Shown: piece after piece, positions 35,466-48,471 of the stretch | How positions within the stretch are numbered: the first letter of the stretch is position 1 | Layout of the letters: each line of letters begins with the position of its first letter | Origin: Blepharisma stoltei ATCC 30299 | Lineage: Eukaryota > Protista > Ciliophora | Length of the DNA: 64,000 bases | Direction of reading: 5' to 3' | NCBI GenBank assembly: GCA_965603825.1 | Contig: CBFDEM010000062.1 | Coordinates: forward strand, 806,001 to 870,000 | Made by a program: the position numbers and the translations under genes | Notes under the pieces: model-generated | What the model saw: only the letters and a program-made list of their open reading frames with translations | Database searches by the model: none | Told to the model about the DNA's origin: nothing

Positions 35466-36794
35466 ATGTTTCCACTAAATCGCAGCCGAACTCTTCCAAT
35501 TGACCACGACAACCCTCCTACACACCGATCAGCAACCCCTCTAATTCAGGTAAACAGGACCCCAAAGATTGATACAGAATTTCCAAATTTCGAGCTCCCA
35601 GAGTTAAAATTATCTCCTTCATTTCCTATAAGTAAAGTAACTTCTAGACGCTGCTCAGACTCATCTGAGGACATAACTGACGAAGAATCAGAAGAAGAAA
35701 AAGACACAATTACAATTATTCCAAGCTCCCCCAATGACTTATTGTCATGACACAAAGCGAAACAGCAAGCAATAATAGACAACATCCGGCTTGCAAAAGA
35801 AGAAGAAATCGCTAACACTTCTAGGCTTTACCGGAAGAGTTTTACGAAGGCTTTAGAAGATTCGATGGCTCAGCAAAAGTTGGAATATATCAAAACAATC
35901 ACAAGTTTGAGGAATGAAGCTTATGAAATCAAAGGGGTGATTTCCAAAAGAGACTATACTATTACGTATCTGGCTGATATGCTTACTGATACTTATTTAC
36001 AATTAACGGAACAAAGAATAAAGTTAGGGAAAACTGATAAATTCTCGATTGAGCCGGAAAACTCAGAAGAAAAAGTGCCTGAAATAATTGAGCCAAAAGA
36101 CAAAAATTTGCTTGCAGAAGTCCAAAGTTTGAAGCTACAGATAAAATCATTGAAAAATGTCTGTGAAATGTACCAAGAAGATGCTTCAAAAGCCAACGAA
36201 AAAGTTAAAAAGCTAGAACAAGAAAAGAAGGAACTAATAAGAGCTTATGAAGAAGAAGTAAACGAGTTAAAAACACAATTAAATGCAAAGACATTAGAAT
36301 ATCAAGAGTATATTAAAACAAAAAACAAAGAGTAACCTATAAACAGGCTTGAAAATATTAGATTTGAAAGTAAAAAAGAAATCGAGCTGAGAGACATTTT
36401 ATTAGAAAGATTCAAAGACCATGTAGAAATCCTAAAAGGGGAGTTAAAAAACGCAAAAATTGTTCTACAAAGTCCGAGGCTAAGAATGCAATACCATGAA
36501 AAGCTTAAAGATTACGTTGATGAGGTGCAGAATTCGAGTCCTTTGTCAGAGACTCAAAAGTCCTTGGTAAGGAAAAATTCGCCAAAAACACCTCGACAAG
36601 AAAAAAAATCGAAATTGATAATAAAGGCTGAGGGAACGACGGACGCGAGCATTTTGGATCGAAGCTATGTGGTTCGACAGATCTCGCCTCAAAAGAGGCC
36701 CACAACCTCTTCAACGCCCCGTTATTCGTTTCTACGAGTAAAGCCTGATACAGCGATTTGTGAACGCAGACACACAAAAACCCCAGAATTATAA
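35466..36794 (+). CDS. Hypothetical coiled-coil protein, one 15-nt intron, 437 aa
   Basis: Track ORFs 35466, 35865 and 36486 join through TGA 35748-35750 and intron 36332-36346. Confidence 0.8.
36332..36346 (+). other. 15-nt intron (GTAACCTATAAACAG)
   Basis: Phase 2, removes an in-frame TAA and gives a continuous coiled-coil frame. Confidence 0.85.
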
Positions 36795-36836
36795 TAATTT
36801 AATTAAACCTAACTTTCCTCTAAATATTTATTAGAA

Positions 36837-37583
36837 ATGGTAATTCTTACATAGTCCAGGCGATATGACTCCAAAACGACCACCTTCACCCCTGAAGGCC
36901 GTCTCATGCAAGTGGAATACGCAATGGAAGCCATCAACAACGCAGGATCTACAGTTGGCGTCCTCTGTTCTGAAGGCATCGTCATCGGCGCAGAACGAAA
37001 ACAGACCTCCAAGCTTTTAGAAAGGTCCAAACATAGCGAAAAAATGTACCAAATTGACGAACACGTCGTATGTGCAGCCGCAGGACTTACAGCAGACGCC
37101 AACATCCTCATAAATCATGCTAGGATCATCAGTCAACAATATCAATATACCTATCATGAGCTTATGCCTGTAGAACAGCTCGTCAGACAGCTTTGTAACT
37201 CAAAACAAGGCTACACCCAGCACGGTGGGCTCAGACCATTTGGGGTCTCCTTCTTATATGCAGGCTGGGACCCTATTTATGGCTTCCAATTATATTGTTC
37301 TGATCCTAGTGGAAACTATTTAGGCTGGAAAGCCATTGCGATTGGGGCAAATAATCAGTCAGCGTCAGGGATTTTAAAGCAAGATTACGAAGAAAATTTC
37401 ACCTTGAGGCAGTCACTAGGATTGGTAGCAAAAGTGATTACAAAGTCAATGGACACGACATCGCCAACGCCAGATAAGCTAGAAATCATTGTACTGACAA
37501 GGCAAAATGGAAAAGTGGTTTATAAGACACTGAGGGATGAAGAGGTACAAGAAATATTGACGGAGTTTAAGATCGTAAGCTAA
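36837..37583 (+). CDS. PSMA4: 20S proteasome subunit alpha-3 (PSMA4/Pre9 type), intron directly after the ATG
   Basis: Spliced N-terminus M|SRRYDSKTTTFTPEGRLMQVEYAMEAI; KQGYTQHGGLRPFGVSFLYAGWD; SDPSGNY. Confidence 0.96.
36840..36854 (+). other. 15-nt intron (GTAATTCTTACATAG)
   Basis: Removal recreates the conserved MSRRYD start of alpha-3. Confidence 0.95.
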
Positions 37584-37897
37584 TTACTTGGATTTTAATT
37601 ATAGGATGAGGGATTTTTTATATATAATGGAGAAAGAGAGCAGTCTGCTGAAAAAATAGCGTCAGATTTGCGAAAAAGGCAGAGTCAGTCGTGATGCCCG
37701 TTATTTCTATTAGTTTTATTTTTTTGTCCTTCTGTTATTTCATTATAATGAGTTTTAAGATAATAGTAAATTAATATTAAGCAGAATAATACCATTGATT
37801 ATTTCATAAAAAATAGAAGGTAAAGGGTACGAAAGCAAGCCACTAATCTATTCTATTCCATATCATATTTATTTTTCTAAAAATTCATTAATTTTTA

Positions 37898-40800
37898 TTA
37901 AGAATGGACCATATGTGGCGGCATAGTGTGTCTTTTCTGCTTTGGTGTCAAATCAAAAATACAAAGTTGAGCTTCTTCTTTATTCATGGCATATATAATA
38001 AACTCCTGCCCCTTCGGCAAACAAATAGCCATAACTGTCGACTGGACTTCTCTATACACCTTTTTATCCTCATCAAAAACTCCTACGAATCCTATACTTT
38101 CAGTTCCCCCAGAAATCAAAAATTCCCCAGACGCGTCAAATTGTATACACCAAATTAAGTCCCTTTTTACCTCCAGACATCTTATTACTTCCCCATTCAA
38201 TGAATAAACCACAATTAAATTTTCTTCACTGATTGCGGCTGCAATAATCCCAAGCTCACTTATAGCAACAGCCCTTGGCAATGACTGGGATACTTGTGGG
38301 AAGGATTTTAAGCAGTCCCCAGACCTGATATCGTGCATTAAGATTAGTCCATTAGAAGATAAGGACACTAAAACTTGGTAGCTAGGGGAGGCTGAAATTT
38401 GCCTTATTACGGAACTGTGGCCTAAATAAATCCGTCTTGGTTTGATTATTTTTTGTTTTTCCCCTATATGGAGCCATAAACATATAGAAGCGTCTAAGCT
38501 GCCAGTGAACAACAAATCGTCGATACTTGCTACACAAGTGACAAGCCCTGCATGATGGTGAATTGATTGGATTAAAATTCCTTTTAAATTGTGGACTTTA
38601 AAGGAATTTTCTATATGGAATCCTGAAACTATGTATTTTTCTCCTAATAAACAATACTGGTTAGGATTTTTGTCAAGAATTATCCTGGGATCTTCATTAT
38701 TAAATGTATGTTTCCATAAGGACTCTTCGACCCAGTTTTCTAGGCCAAATTCTGTTGTAGCTTCTAGTATAAATTCCTGGTAGCTTGTAGAGTCTAATTT
38801 CATTTCTCCTAGTTCTCTTTTAAAACTGAGCCGAAAACCTGATAAAGAATTATTGCCAGAGGACTTTACCCCAATAAGCCAAGAACTTGTAGTAAAAAGC
38901 GCAAAAATTTTCCCAAAAATTTTTCTGGTCCTTGTCCCTTGATTGTCTGTTTTTTCAGTGATTTTTTGTTGAAAAATTGTCCTCTGCCGCTTGTGTATAT
39001 CTTTTTGAGGATGGTGCAGCTTAAAAAGCTGCACAGGAGTTTGGCCGAAATGGACTACTTGTTGTATTGTGGACTGTAAGAAGCTTTGGTTTTTTTCTTT
39101 AAAAACTTGCATATTTTCTTCATAAGTGGAATAGAAAAATATATTTAAAGCAGACTCAGCAGCTGGGCCTTGCTGCTTGTAGCCAAAAATTAAGTCAATC
39201 CAATTGTGCAAGTTTTCACTGACAAAATCTGACTCTAAAGCTTTTCGGTGCTTTCTAATAAAATTAACCGCATAATAATAATCTAAGTTTTCTACCCCTG
39301 AACGAGTTCTTGCCCCAGTTTTTGCTCACAATGGTAGCTCCACATGGGAAATTTCTCCTTTTCCACATTGTCTGGTCCCTAAATCAAGATTATTGACATT
39401 AAGTAGCATTTCAGGCAAGTAAAACATCTCAGGGATAAGCTCTTTGACATCTCCTGATGGAGACTGCGCACAGTCCCATGATATTTCTATGGAGTGGAAA
39501 AGACGGTCTGCAATGTCAAATTTCCCGCCCTGTAGCTCTTTGGCACCTTCTGTAAAGGGATGAAGCCGAACTAAATAATAAAAAACCACCCCTGCATTAG
39601 AATAATGAGAACCATAGTGAAAAGGCATTATTTCTTCACTTTGCCACATTTTGTATTTTTCTGAAACTTCTTTGCGGGTGTTGTCATCTTGGGCACCGAT
39701 TGGGAATCGCAGGTCTCGGTAAATTTCTTTGTGATTGAGGAATAGCTCACTTGTGGAAAATTCTTTGATTATTCATGGAAATACGGGGTATTGGTTTATG
39801 TCGTTAAAAGACCTGCTTGCGAGCTTGTTTAGGATCATTAAGTATTCGAAATTGCTTAGTTTCCCGTTTTTCCAAGCTTTGGTGTATTTTAATACATATT
39901 CCTGGTCTATTTTTTCAACGACATGCACATTATGTTTATCTCAAATTTTCATTTCTTGTAAGCAGCTATTTCTATTTTCTGCACTAAAAAGATTAAACAA
40001 GCACGATTTTCCCGACTTAAAAAACACTTCAATCGCTGTGTGCCTATGAATAAATCGTCTTGGCAAGACTTCTGCAATTTCATCAACCCTCCAAATTTTT
40101 TTGCATTTTTTTTTCCTTCTTGTATGGTCCAATGCAGACCCAAAATATTCTTCATTATTCGGTTTCAGCTCTCCCTTACTAGAAAACAGTAGCCATGCGC
40201 TCGAAATTTCAAGATTTCCTCAGTAGCTTCCTGCAATTTTTATCCTTTCGCAGTCAAAATTAACTGATGGGGTGTTATTGTCCTCTTCTAAAATATCCCA
40301 ATCTTCGTCAGAAATTTCATTAAAAATTTCTTCAGTTTCTTCTGTTTCAGCAATGCTAGGGGCATATGAGGTGTCGTCTGAAGTTGCTTTTATTAGGCGT
40401 TCAGTGTCTTCTTTTAATAAAATAGAATACGAGCGGACAAGCTCAGAAATTTGCATTGAAAAACGATTTGAAAAAGTCTGAAAGGCGCTATTTAAAGCTG
40501 AAGAATCTTGCGGCTTTTCTTTTACTGTGCTTAAAAATGGCATCCTACCCATTTTATCAAAATTGGAGCGAATTTTATATACTTTCTTGGAGCCTGAGGT
40601 TTCTTGGATTTTTTTGGTGAATTTTTGATACTTTTTTTTCAAGAGTAGTTTATTTCTTTCAAAATATTTTTCAATAATTGCCTGCTGCTTTCTCAGTTCT
40701 TTCTGTATATCTTCTGCTTCCTTAATGAAGTCTTTGAGGCCTCTTTTTTCTTGTCTAGTAGGAGAGTCAACACTTTGATGCTTAATTGAGCTATATTTAT

Positions 40801-43800
40801 TCCCCATCAATACAAGCAGCAAAAAGCTAATTCCATTAAGCAATTCTGAAGAATTTATGAGAAAAATAAACTTTTCTTGGGATTCCAAAGAGTTTTTTAT
40901 TAAATTTGAAATTTCAATGCACGCAGCTTGATAATTTTCTTGGCTTGGATTTTTTCAAGCCGCTAAATTTTCAATTTCTGCTATTTTCCCTACCTCCAAA
41001 TTCTCCAAATTAATTTGTTCTTTAAAGTACCTGTAATTTTCCAGGTGTTTTATAATATTCCACGCCTGCACACTCTCAATAAATGCTTTTAAAAACTCCA
41101 AGGCCATTTTGTCATCAGTTTTTTTAACTAATTCAATAGTCTCTGCTATAAAAATCACAGCGAGCATGTCCAGTGAATAAAATTTGTTAAAGCCCAGCAT
41201 CAATTGTATATAAGTCCCCATATCACATTCCAGGGCTTCATAAATCATTTTTTCTCAGTCATGATTAGAATTTATGTCAAGTATAGAAGCAGGGATATCA
41301 CTTGTTTTAAGCCCTTCAAAGGTAGAAGCTAGCTTTTCCCGCAGCTCATAACGGAATCTAGGGATAAACCAGACCCAGTAGAAATCTTTTTTAAAGCTCT
41401 CGATGTCTTCTTTTTCTAGGGCTTCATTCAGCTGGGTTGTGAGGCTATTTATAATGCGAAGATCCAAGCTTTCAATGCATCTGAGGAAAACGCTGAAAGC
41501 TCGGAATTTGATAGCAATTACTTTGACGTCGCTCATAATGTAAAGCATCAAATTGCAGGTCTCGATCAGACAGTCTCTTGATATTTTTTTGTCGTTGAGG
41601 ATAATTAATAAATTGCATAAAAAATCCCATTTTTCGTCCTTTTTCATATTAAAAATTAGACCAAAAAGACCGTCTATATGTTCAGCTCCGATTTCGTTAG
41701 GCAAGTGCATTGATAAGATTTCTTTGCATTTCTCAGAAAAATTCTCTCTGTATTGTGGGGAGATCTCCAGTCTGGAAATATGGTCATAAATGGGAACAAT
41801 TGTTTTTAAATTACATCTAAAATATTTTGGAATGTACATTGATAGAGCTGAAATGTATTTTTCTTGATGGTCTTGGGAAAGTTTATTCCAAAGTTTCCCT
41901 AAAAGCAAGCTTTTTATTGCCTGGATTTGGTATGCTTCATTTCAGTCAAGATTTTTAATAATAAGTTTTACTGCTTCTAAAAGGTCTTCAGAAGGATTAT
42001 TTATGATATCCTCCATCATGATTCCTAATAAATCTAAAAATTCTGCAGTAATTAAACTGTCAAGGGTTTGTGTTTGGCATATGACGCCAATCATATTTAT
42101 AATCAAAATGACTTCTTCTGAGTTTGAGCATTCTTTAATTAAAGGCAAAAAAATATTTAACCCTCCATTTGCAGTTATTGCTTCTAAGATAGTCACGCCA
42201 TTAAATCTCTCACATCTTTCTTCTATAATTAATTTATTTGTTGGAGAAAATTCAGGGTTATATGAGCGGGGATCTCATTTGAGCCACAAGGACTGCCAAA
42301 TTTCTTTTATTACAAGAGAATTTCCATCAAAATTCTCTGAAGTAGATATCGCTTCAAGATTAAAGCCAAGTTTATATTGGAAAGAAAAGCTATAGATCTG
42401 TAAAACGTGTTTTTCTTGTAATAGCTTATTTACAATATAAATAGTGCTCATTTTTCCATTAAACGGTTTTTTTGAATTTTTATTATTCCCACACAAAAAT
42501 TTATTCAAATATTCAGTTGGATATGAGACTTTTCCTTCAAATCCTTCAATGCAAAAACTATTATTAATAATAAAATCGCATTTAGCACCCTGTCTTATAG
42601 TAAATCCAACTAAATTTCATTGGTTTTCAATGACGCGCTTATTGCTTCAGGCTTTGAATCTTGCCCCATTTTTGAGGTGCAAAATTCCTTGGTGCTTCAT
42701 CATAAATGACAGCTTATTCCCATGCCTGTCAAAAAATTCAAAAAGGCAAGAACTATTTTCTATACTGTCAGGGAATAGCCACACAAATAAAGAAAATTCT
42801 TTTCTAGGGAGAAATGACAATTTTTCGTCATTTTTACAAGCCAGCATACTTTCAGGGTCGCGAAAATAAAAGTACCTGGTTGGTGATAAGCCTAAGCGGT
42901 TTTCTCCAGTTTGGCTTATTCTCGAAAATGCGTGTTCTATGCTTCTATATAAGCTTCTATATATCATTAATTTTTTTTCTTGAAAATTTTTAGAAGACTG
43001 CACAATATTTATGATCCTTCTTAATTCTTGTGGTGTTATATGGTGACAAATAATCTTAGAAAGGACATCTTCAATATAATTTAAATTGGAATTTTCTGAA
43101 TTTTTCTCAAGAGTATACAGAATTATATCAATAGTCCTCCTAGCTGCCAAATGAGCTCTATCTGCATCATATTGAATGATAAATTCAATATTGTCATCCA
43201 TTATCCTTGCCGAGTCATTACTATAATCAATATCAAACAAAAGCTCAATAATCAATGGAATCACTTCAGGTGTTTTTATATGTAGCCCTGATTTTCTTCC
43301 ATGAATTTTGGTATCCAGTAATATACAAAATAAGCTTTCTATTGATTTTAAACAAATTTCTTTCCTCACTCCATCATATGCACTCCTCATTACTGTATTT
43401 GTGATAAAGTCAAAATCAAACTCCTTAATTGCTTTTTTGCTTTCTGGATTTTTATATAGAAGGAATCGTATACACTCAAAGGTTTTTCCTCATAAGTCTG
43501 ATACTTTTTCAGCTGGTTCTTTTGAGTAGTCATTAATAAGCTTGATTTTTAGCACCCTTATGGCATTTGATTTAGTAAAACAGGCTTGACGTCTTTTGAC
43601 TTCTGGGTCTTCTAGGTCTTTTAGCACTTCTTGGAGGATCGTAAGAAGCTGAAGTAGCACGTCAATATCAGTGGCAGCGTTTAGATACCATTCAAACCTT
43701 TCATAAGCTTTTTCACTGTCAAATTTTAGAACCCTTGATATAAAGGAAGCGCATATATCAACAGTGCTGGAATTTTTCAATAATTTGTCCTGCAGCATCA

Positions 43801-45535
43801 AATCTATTAAAGTGTCTCCACCAGGAAGGTCTTCTTGGTAGTATTTTTCTAGTATTAATTTCAATATACAGAATAATACAGTCATTTGGTCATAAGAATC
43901 TTGCTTCGAGCTTAAACTGATGACAATGCTGAGGATTTGTTCAATAATCCCATTTTTTATGCCGATTTCCATGAATTTTTCTTTCCCTTTTTCTAAAAAT
44001 TGCCCTTGGATCCAGCTATTCATATGAATAATATACTCTACATCGTCTTGATTTTGCCTCATGTGGCTTACAATAGACTGAGAAATCCATTCTAAGTTCA
44101 TTGGGTTCCCAATCAAGTCATTCCACAGCCCATTTCAGCTTTGAGAAGCAGCTTCACTTAGCTTAATAGTATCATCATTAATTGGGTATTCAATCTGGAA
44201 AAAAGGTTTTGAAAAAATCAAGCTGACAAGCCCAAAATCTTTAATTAGCAATAATTTTGACTGAAACTTGCTGATGCCTAAATTTTCTAGGTATTTTTTT
44301 AAAAACTGGAGGGTATAAGTTTGTAGCTGAGGAGGGTGATTTTTCATTTCGATCGCAATGTCCTATATAAGCCTTACTGTTTGCCAGTACAGAGAAAATA
44401 AAACTATAGGGAGACCTTCTAAGCAGCTACTTATTATGCTATTCGATGTTATTTCTGAAGAATCTATTGAATTTCTGATAAGCTCAAATAAAGATCTGTA
44501 TAATGATCCTAAATAGCCTTTTTCATTTTCAAATGACTGGGAATTAGCTGAAAAAAAGTTTTTCATATAATTTAAAACAAAATAAAAGAAGGTCTCTTTA
44601 AGCTTTTCTTCATTCTCAATCACTATTTTCCCATGGTCTATTTTAGAAATATGTGAGCAAGCTGATAAAATTTCTATAGAAAATAAAGCTTTCTGTAGAG
44701 CCAGCTCTGATGATAAAGAATTTTTGCATTTTTTAAAGTCATCTATATGCAAAATATAATTAAATAAAATTGGCACCAGGGTGCTAAATTCATCCACTGC
44801 AAAAAACGGCGCATTTATTTCATAATAACTGCTTATCGTAAAAAGCACAAATGTCAATAAATCTAAATGATAAGAGAAACATTTATCCTTCATAATTTTC
44901 CTTGTAGTTTTATCAATCTCATATGGAAAAAGCCCTAAAGTCCTCAATTTTTGACTAGCTATAAAATCACTCAGCAATAGAAAAAAGAAATTAAACGTCG
45001 AGTGCAGCTGCGTACTCGTCTTTTTTCAATAACTTTTGGCAATACATAATATTTCAATTTGCAGTTTAATTATATTTATCAGCTCATTGATAGATTCTGG
45101 CTCGAGATCCTCCCAAAATAAGTTCTTGATTTTTTTACAAAAATCAATTATCAATGACGCTTCTCTTTTCTTTAGCTTAATCTCTTTTTTGAATACCAAA
45201 AATTTCAGTAATTGAAAAAGAGGAATCAATTGATCAGAAAGCTCAGTCAAAATATTGGCAGAATCAGCCTTTGTGAAGGACTCTGCTTGAGCAAGCATTG
45301 TGTCTGATATTATTGAAAGCGTAGAAATCAGCTGCTGCACCAGCTTGGGAGGAACTTTTGCCTTTTTATTATTCAACTGATTGATTTCTGAGGTACAAAT
45401 TTTCACAAAATCTGACCAAGTCATTACTGATTGGTTTGGGTCAGAACTTAAGGCTTGTCATGCTTTTGTTGACTCGACAAGCCCATCGAACTTTACAGAT
45501 TCAGGTCCTATATAAGAAAATCTCCTGTTAGCCAT
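37898..45535 (-). CDS. BEACH-domain protein (ConA-like, PH-BEACH, WD40; neurobeachin/LYST-like), one intron, about 2540 aa
   Basis: Single frame from ATG 45535 through about 14 TGA codons and intron 44363-44377. [27 protein letters not shown][TGA][34 protein letters not shown][TGA][36 protein letters not shown], then WD40 repeats. Confidence 0.93.
44363..44377 (-). other. 15-nt intron (GTAAGGCTTATATAG)
   Basis: Phase 0 with an in-frame TAG; joins the flanking in-frame ORFs. Confidence 0.88.
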
Positions 45536-45644
45536 TTATTAAACACAAACTGCAAACTTCCTATAATATCTCTGCTATAGAAACAAAAATTAAGAAAATT
45601 TCATTATATTTGATTTAAATTTTCCATTTTTCAACAAAAATTAG

Positions 45645-46187
45645 TTAGTTAGTAATGTTCAAATATTTCAGCTCACCAGCTGTCGCTTTATTTGATAGTA
45701 GAAATCTTTGGATACTTAAATCAATTTCTCGGACTTTATCATAATCGAGGGTTGCTAGAAGTTTTATCATAAAATTCACGTCTTTGCATTGGTTTGGTAA
45801 AAATACAGAAATTGCTTCACTGGCGATGCACATTTTATAGAGACTGGGAGGGGACAGAGGGTCTTGTTTGTAAAAGGTTTTGGGGAAATAGTAATCTTTG
45901 GCGTCGAGAAGTCTTAAGGCTCGTTTTTCTCCAGTAAAAAGCTGACGTAAATAGTCTTGGTTGACGTTGTTGATTTCGGGGAGAAGCCTTTGGTTTATAT
46001 GATTGAAAAATTGGTAATAGTCTTCTTTGGTGTGCAAGCGGAGACTTATATCTTTGTAGGAAACGTCAATTGGCTGGTTTTCGGAGTGATAAGGGTCAAG
46101 AGTTTCTGGCTGTGGAGCTGAATCTTCGTATTCTCCAGATTGAGGGTCAGCATTTGGAGCTTCGGGTGCTTGGAATTCTTCTGTCAT
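45645..46187 (-). CDS. Hypothetical protein, 180 aa
   Basis: ATG-TAA ORF with coding-like GC content and an acidic/Pro-rich N-terminus; no family recognised. Confidence 0.7.
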   Translation of the reverse strand: MTEEFQAPEAPNADPQSGEYEDSAPQPETLDPYHSENQPIDVSYKDISLRLHTKEDYYQFFNHINQRLLPEINNVNQDYLRQLFTGEKRALRLLDAKDYYFPKTFYKQDPLSPPSLYKMCIASEAISVFLPNQCKDVNFMIKLLATLDYDKVREIDLSIQRFLLSNKATAGELKYLNITN

Positions 46188-46616
46188 TTTATTATATAAG
46201 GGGGATCTGAAAAATATGATTTTTATGGAATTTTTTAATAAATTTTAGTTTTTATGCAATTTAAAATATTAATAAATGGCCTATAAGCTACTGATAATTC
46301 ATCATATTTTTAATTTTTATTTATGACTTTTGATGACAAGTTAAGTGCAGACGCTGTAATGTGCACCATACAACTTGTCAAGTATAAATAGGAACAGAAA
46401 AACCATAAAATTTCTCTTTTCGGCAGGTATCTCCAAACTATAGACAAAGATCCCACAATCAACACCTATAGGTGCAAAGTGTCATGTCTCACTTATTTAT
46501 TATGTCAATTATTTTATAAAAATACCATAAATCTTGGCCCTATTTATCCAGAGTCAGCTTATCTGCAAAACAACAAATTTGTTAATAATACATTTTTTAT
46601 AGAATTAATGTTAGGC

Positions 46617-48320
46617 TTAAGGGATCTTCATTTTAATCATAACATGCCAAATCTTATGACCCAATTTTTTTAGACAGTCTGTAGTCAATGTTTCACCATC
46701 AAGAAACTGATTTTGACATCCTTCACATAAATCGAAATCAATGCAATGGGCACATTTGTAGCGATTTCCAGTAACTTTTCCATCACAATGCCCAAAATCA
46801 GAGTTGTCACATGTACAAGTATGATTTTTATCTTCTTGGTCAGACGAATACTCTATATTTTCATAATTAGAAGCCCCGAACTTTAGCTTATTTAACTGTC
46901 TTGCATTTGGAGAGATCAAAAATGTAGAATGCGAGTGGGCAAATTTTCCTGATCCTTTTGCATTGTGTTTAATATTTTTTTCGCAATTATCACAGTGGTA
47001 ATGGTTTGGTTCGCAATATAAACACAAATATTGGGTATCATTGTCAGTAAATTTTAAGTTACAAATATTGCATTTTAAGCCTTTTTTAATTGAAAATCCT
47101 GGAAATTGATCCTTAAATATTTTATTTGCATCAGAAAAAGTTTTCTTGAAATTTATAGCCGCTTTTCCATCAATTTTAAAAGCAGAAATAAATCATCTGA
47201 TAGCTACTTCTTTTTTATCTAGTTCATAAAGAATTTGGCCCTTTAAAACTAAGAGATTCACTTCATTAGGATATGTAGCTATGCCTTCATTAACGATGGA
47301 TAAAGCTTCAATTTTCTTTCCAATTAGATTTAGAATGTACCCTCTCCAGGAAAATCTATTAGTTGGAGATGCCTTAGTTTTTATGGCTTCACTATAAGCA
47401 TCAAATGCCTCCTCATTTCTACCTAAACCAATCAATGCAATTACTTTAAGCGAGTGTAAAAATCCATCTTTTGGCTTTATTTTAATATATTCATTGCATA
47501 AATCCAAGGCTTTGCCGTTTTGTCCTTCGCTTAAAAATTTATCGATTATTTTATAGCATTCATCATCAGTTTTTCTGTCAAAACCTTGCCTATTTTCTTC
47601 AGCTTCTTAAGACTTAACTATCCATTCTTGGCACAATTTTATGATGTCAGATTTGCAAATTTTAAAAAAAAATTCTGAATCTGGGTTCTGGAGCAGAACT
47701 TGCTTAGCAAATTCGTCATAGTAGTTAGGATCTTTTCCAATTTGCAAAATAGTTGCTATGTTTGCTTCATCACTTGCCATCATGCTAAACCAATTATCAG
47801 CAACTTGTTTTATCGTAAGATCACTGCCTGGAAATAATGGGTCTCTTGATTGGTTTAGGTCTCCTTTCTCAATTTCAGCAATTTTTAATTCTTGATTGCC
47901 CTCACTTGAAGCTATCTCTGAGGGGGATTTATTATAATTTTGATCAGCTTCTATCTTTTCTGATTCTTGGTGGTCTTCCTCTTTTGATGTAGCAGATTTT
48001 TCTATTATCATAAAAGGGCTTATATAGCTATTCGCTGGATTTGAAGATTCTGTTTTTTCAGCTTGAGGAATAGAACTTTTGACTACCTTTGGGGCAGAAA
48101 TGATAGAATCGGCTTTATTTGTTTTATATTTGCTGAATAGTAAAAATAATTTTGGATCTGTTGATGCATTAATTTTATTGAATTCTTGATCTGGTTTAAT
48201 TTTTTTCCCTTTAGATATTATGTCGAAATTTTGCTTAAAAGCACCAAGAATAGCTTGTTTTATCTCCTCACTGTTGGAATTTTCGTTTATATAAATGTAA
48301 AACGTCACATTTACCCTCAT
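46617..48320 (-). pseudogene. Possible Ubl-like + TPR + ZZ zinc-finger gene interrupted by one in-frame TAA (47607-47609)
   Basis: All three track ORFs share one frame (TGA 47193=Trp). TPR-like LIGLGRNEEAFDAYSEAIK and KGQILYELDKKEVA; ZZ-like CDGKVTGNRYKCAHCIDFDLCEGC. No intron consensus spans the TAA. Confidence 0.6.
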
Positions 48321-48471
48321 TATCAGTATAATTTTTTGATAATTATATAGATGTAGTGCATTATAATTTGATTTAGACCAAAATAGATATTTAGAGTTTA
48401 ATCGGCATTTTATAAGGCTGCTTCTTGATAAATACTCATTAAATATTTTCTAGAATCCAGCATAAAGAAAC

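Noticed and set aside
19122-45535. Fragmented ORFs read as pseudogenes, operons or selenoproteins
   Set aside because: The breaks are in-frame TGA at conserved Trp (not Cys) positions or 15-nt introns, so the genes are intact.
46323-46520. Faint small-GTPase-like remnant on the + strand (EQKTIKF...GAK)
   Set aside because: No G-box motifs and several stops; too weak to support.
47603-47618. 16-nt GT-AG candidate intron (GTTAAGTCTTAAGAAG) covering the TAA
   Set aside because: Removal shifts the frame into a nearby stop, and it lacks the GTAA start and T9-A10 pattern.
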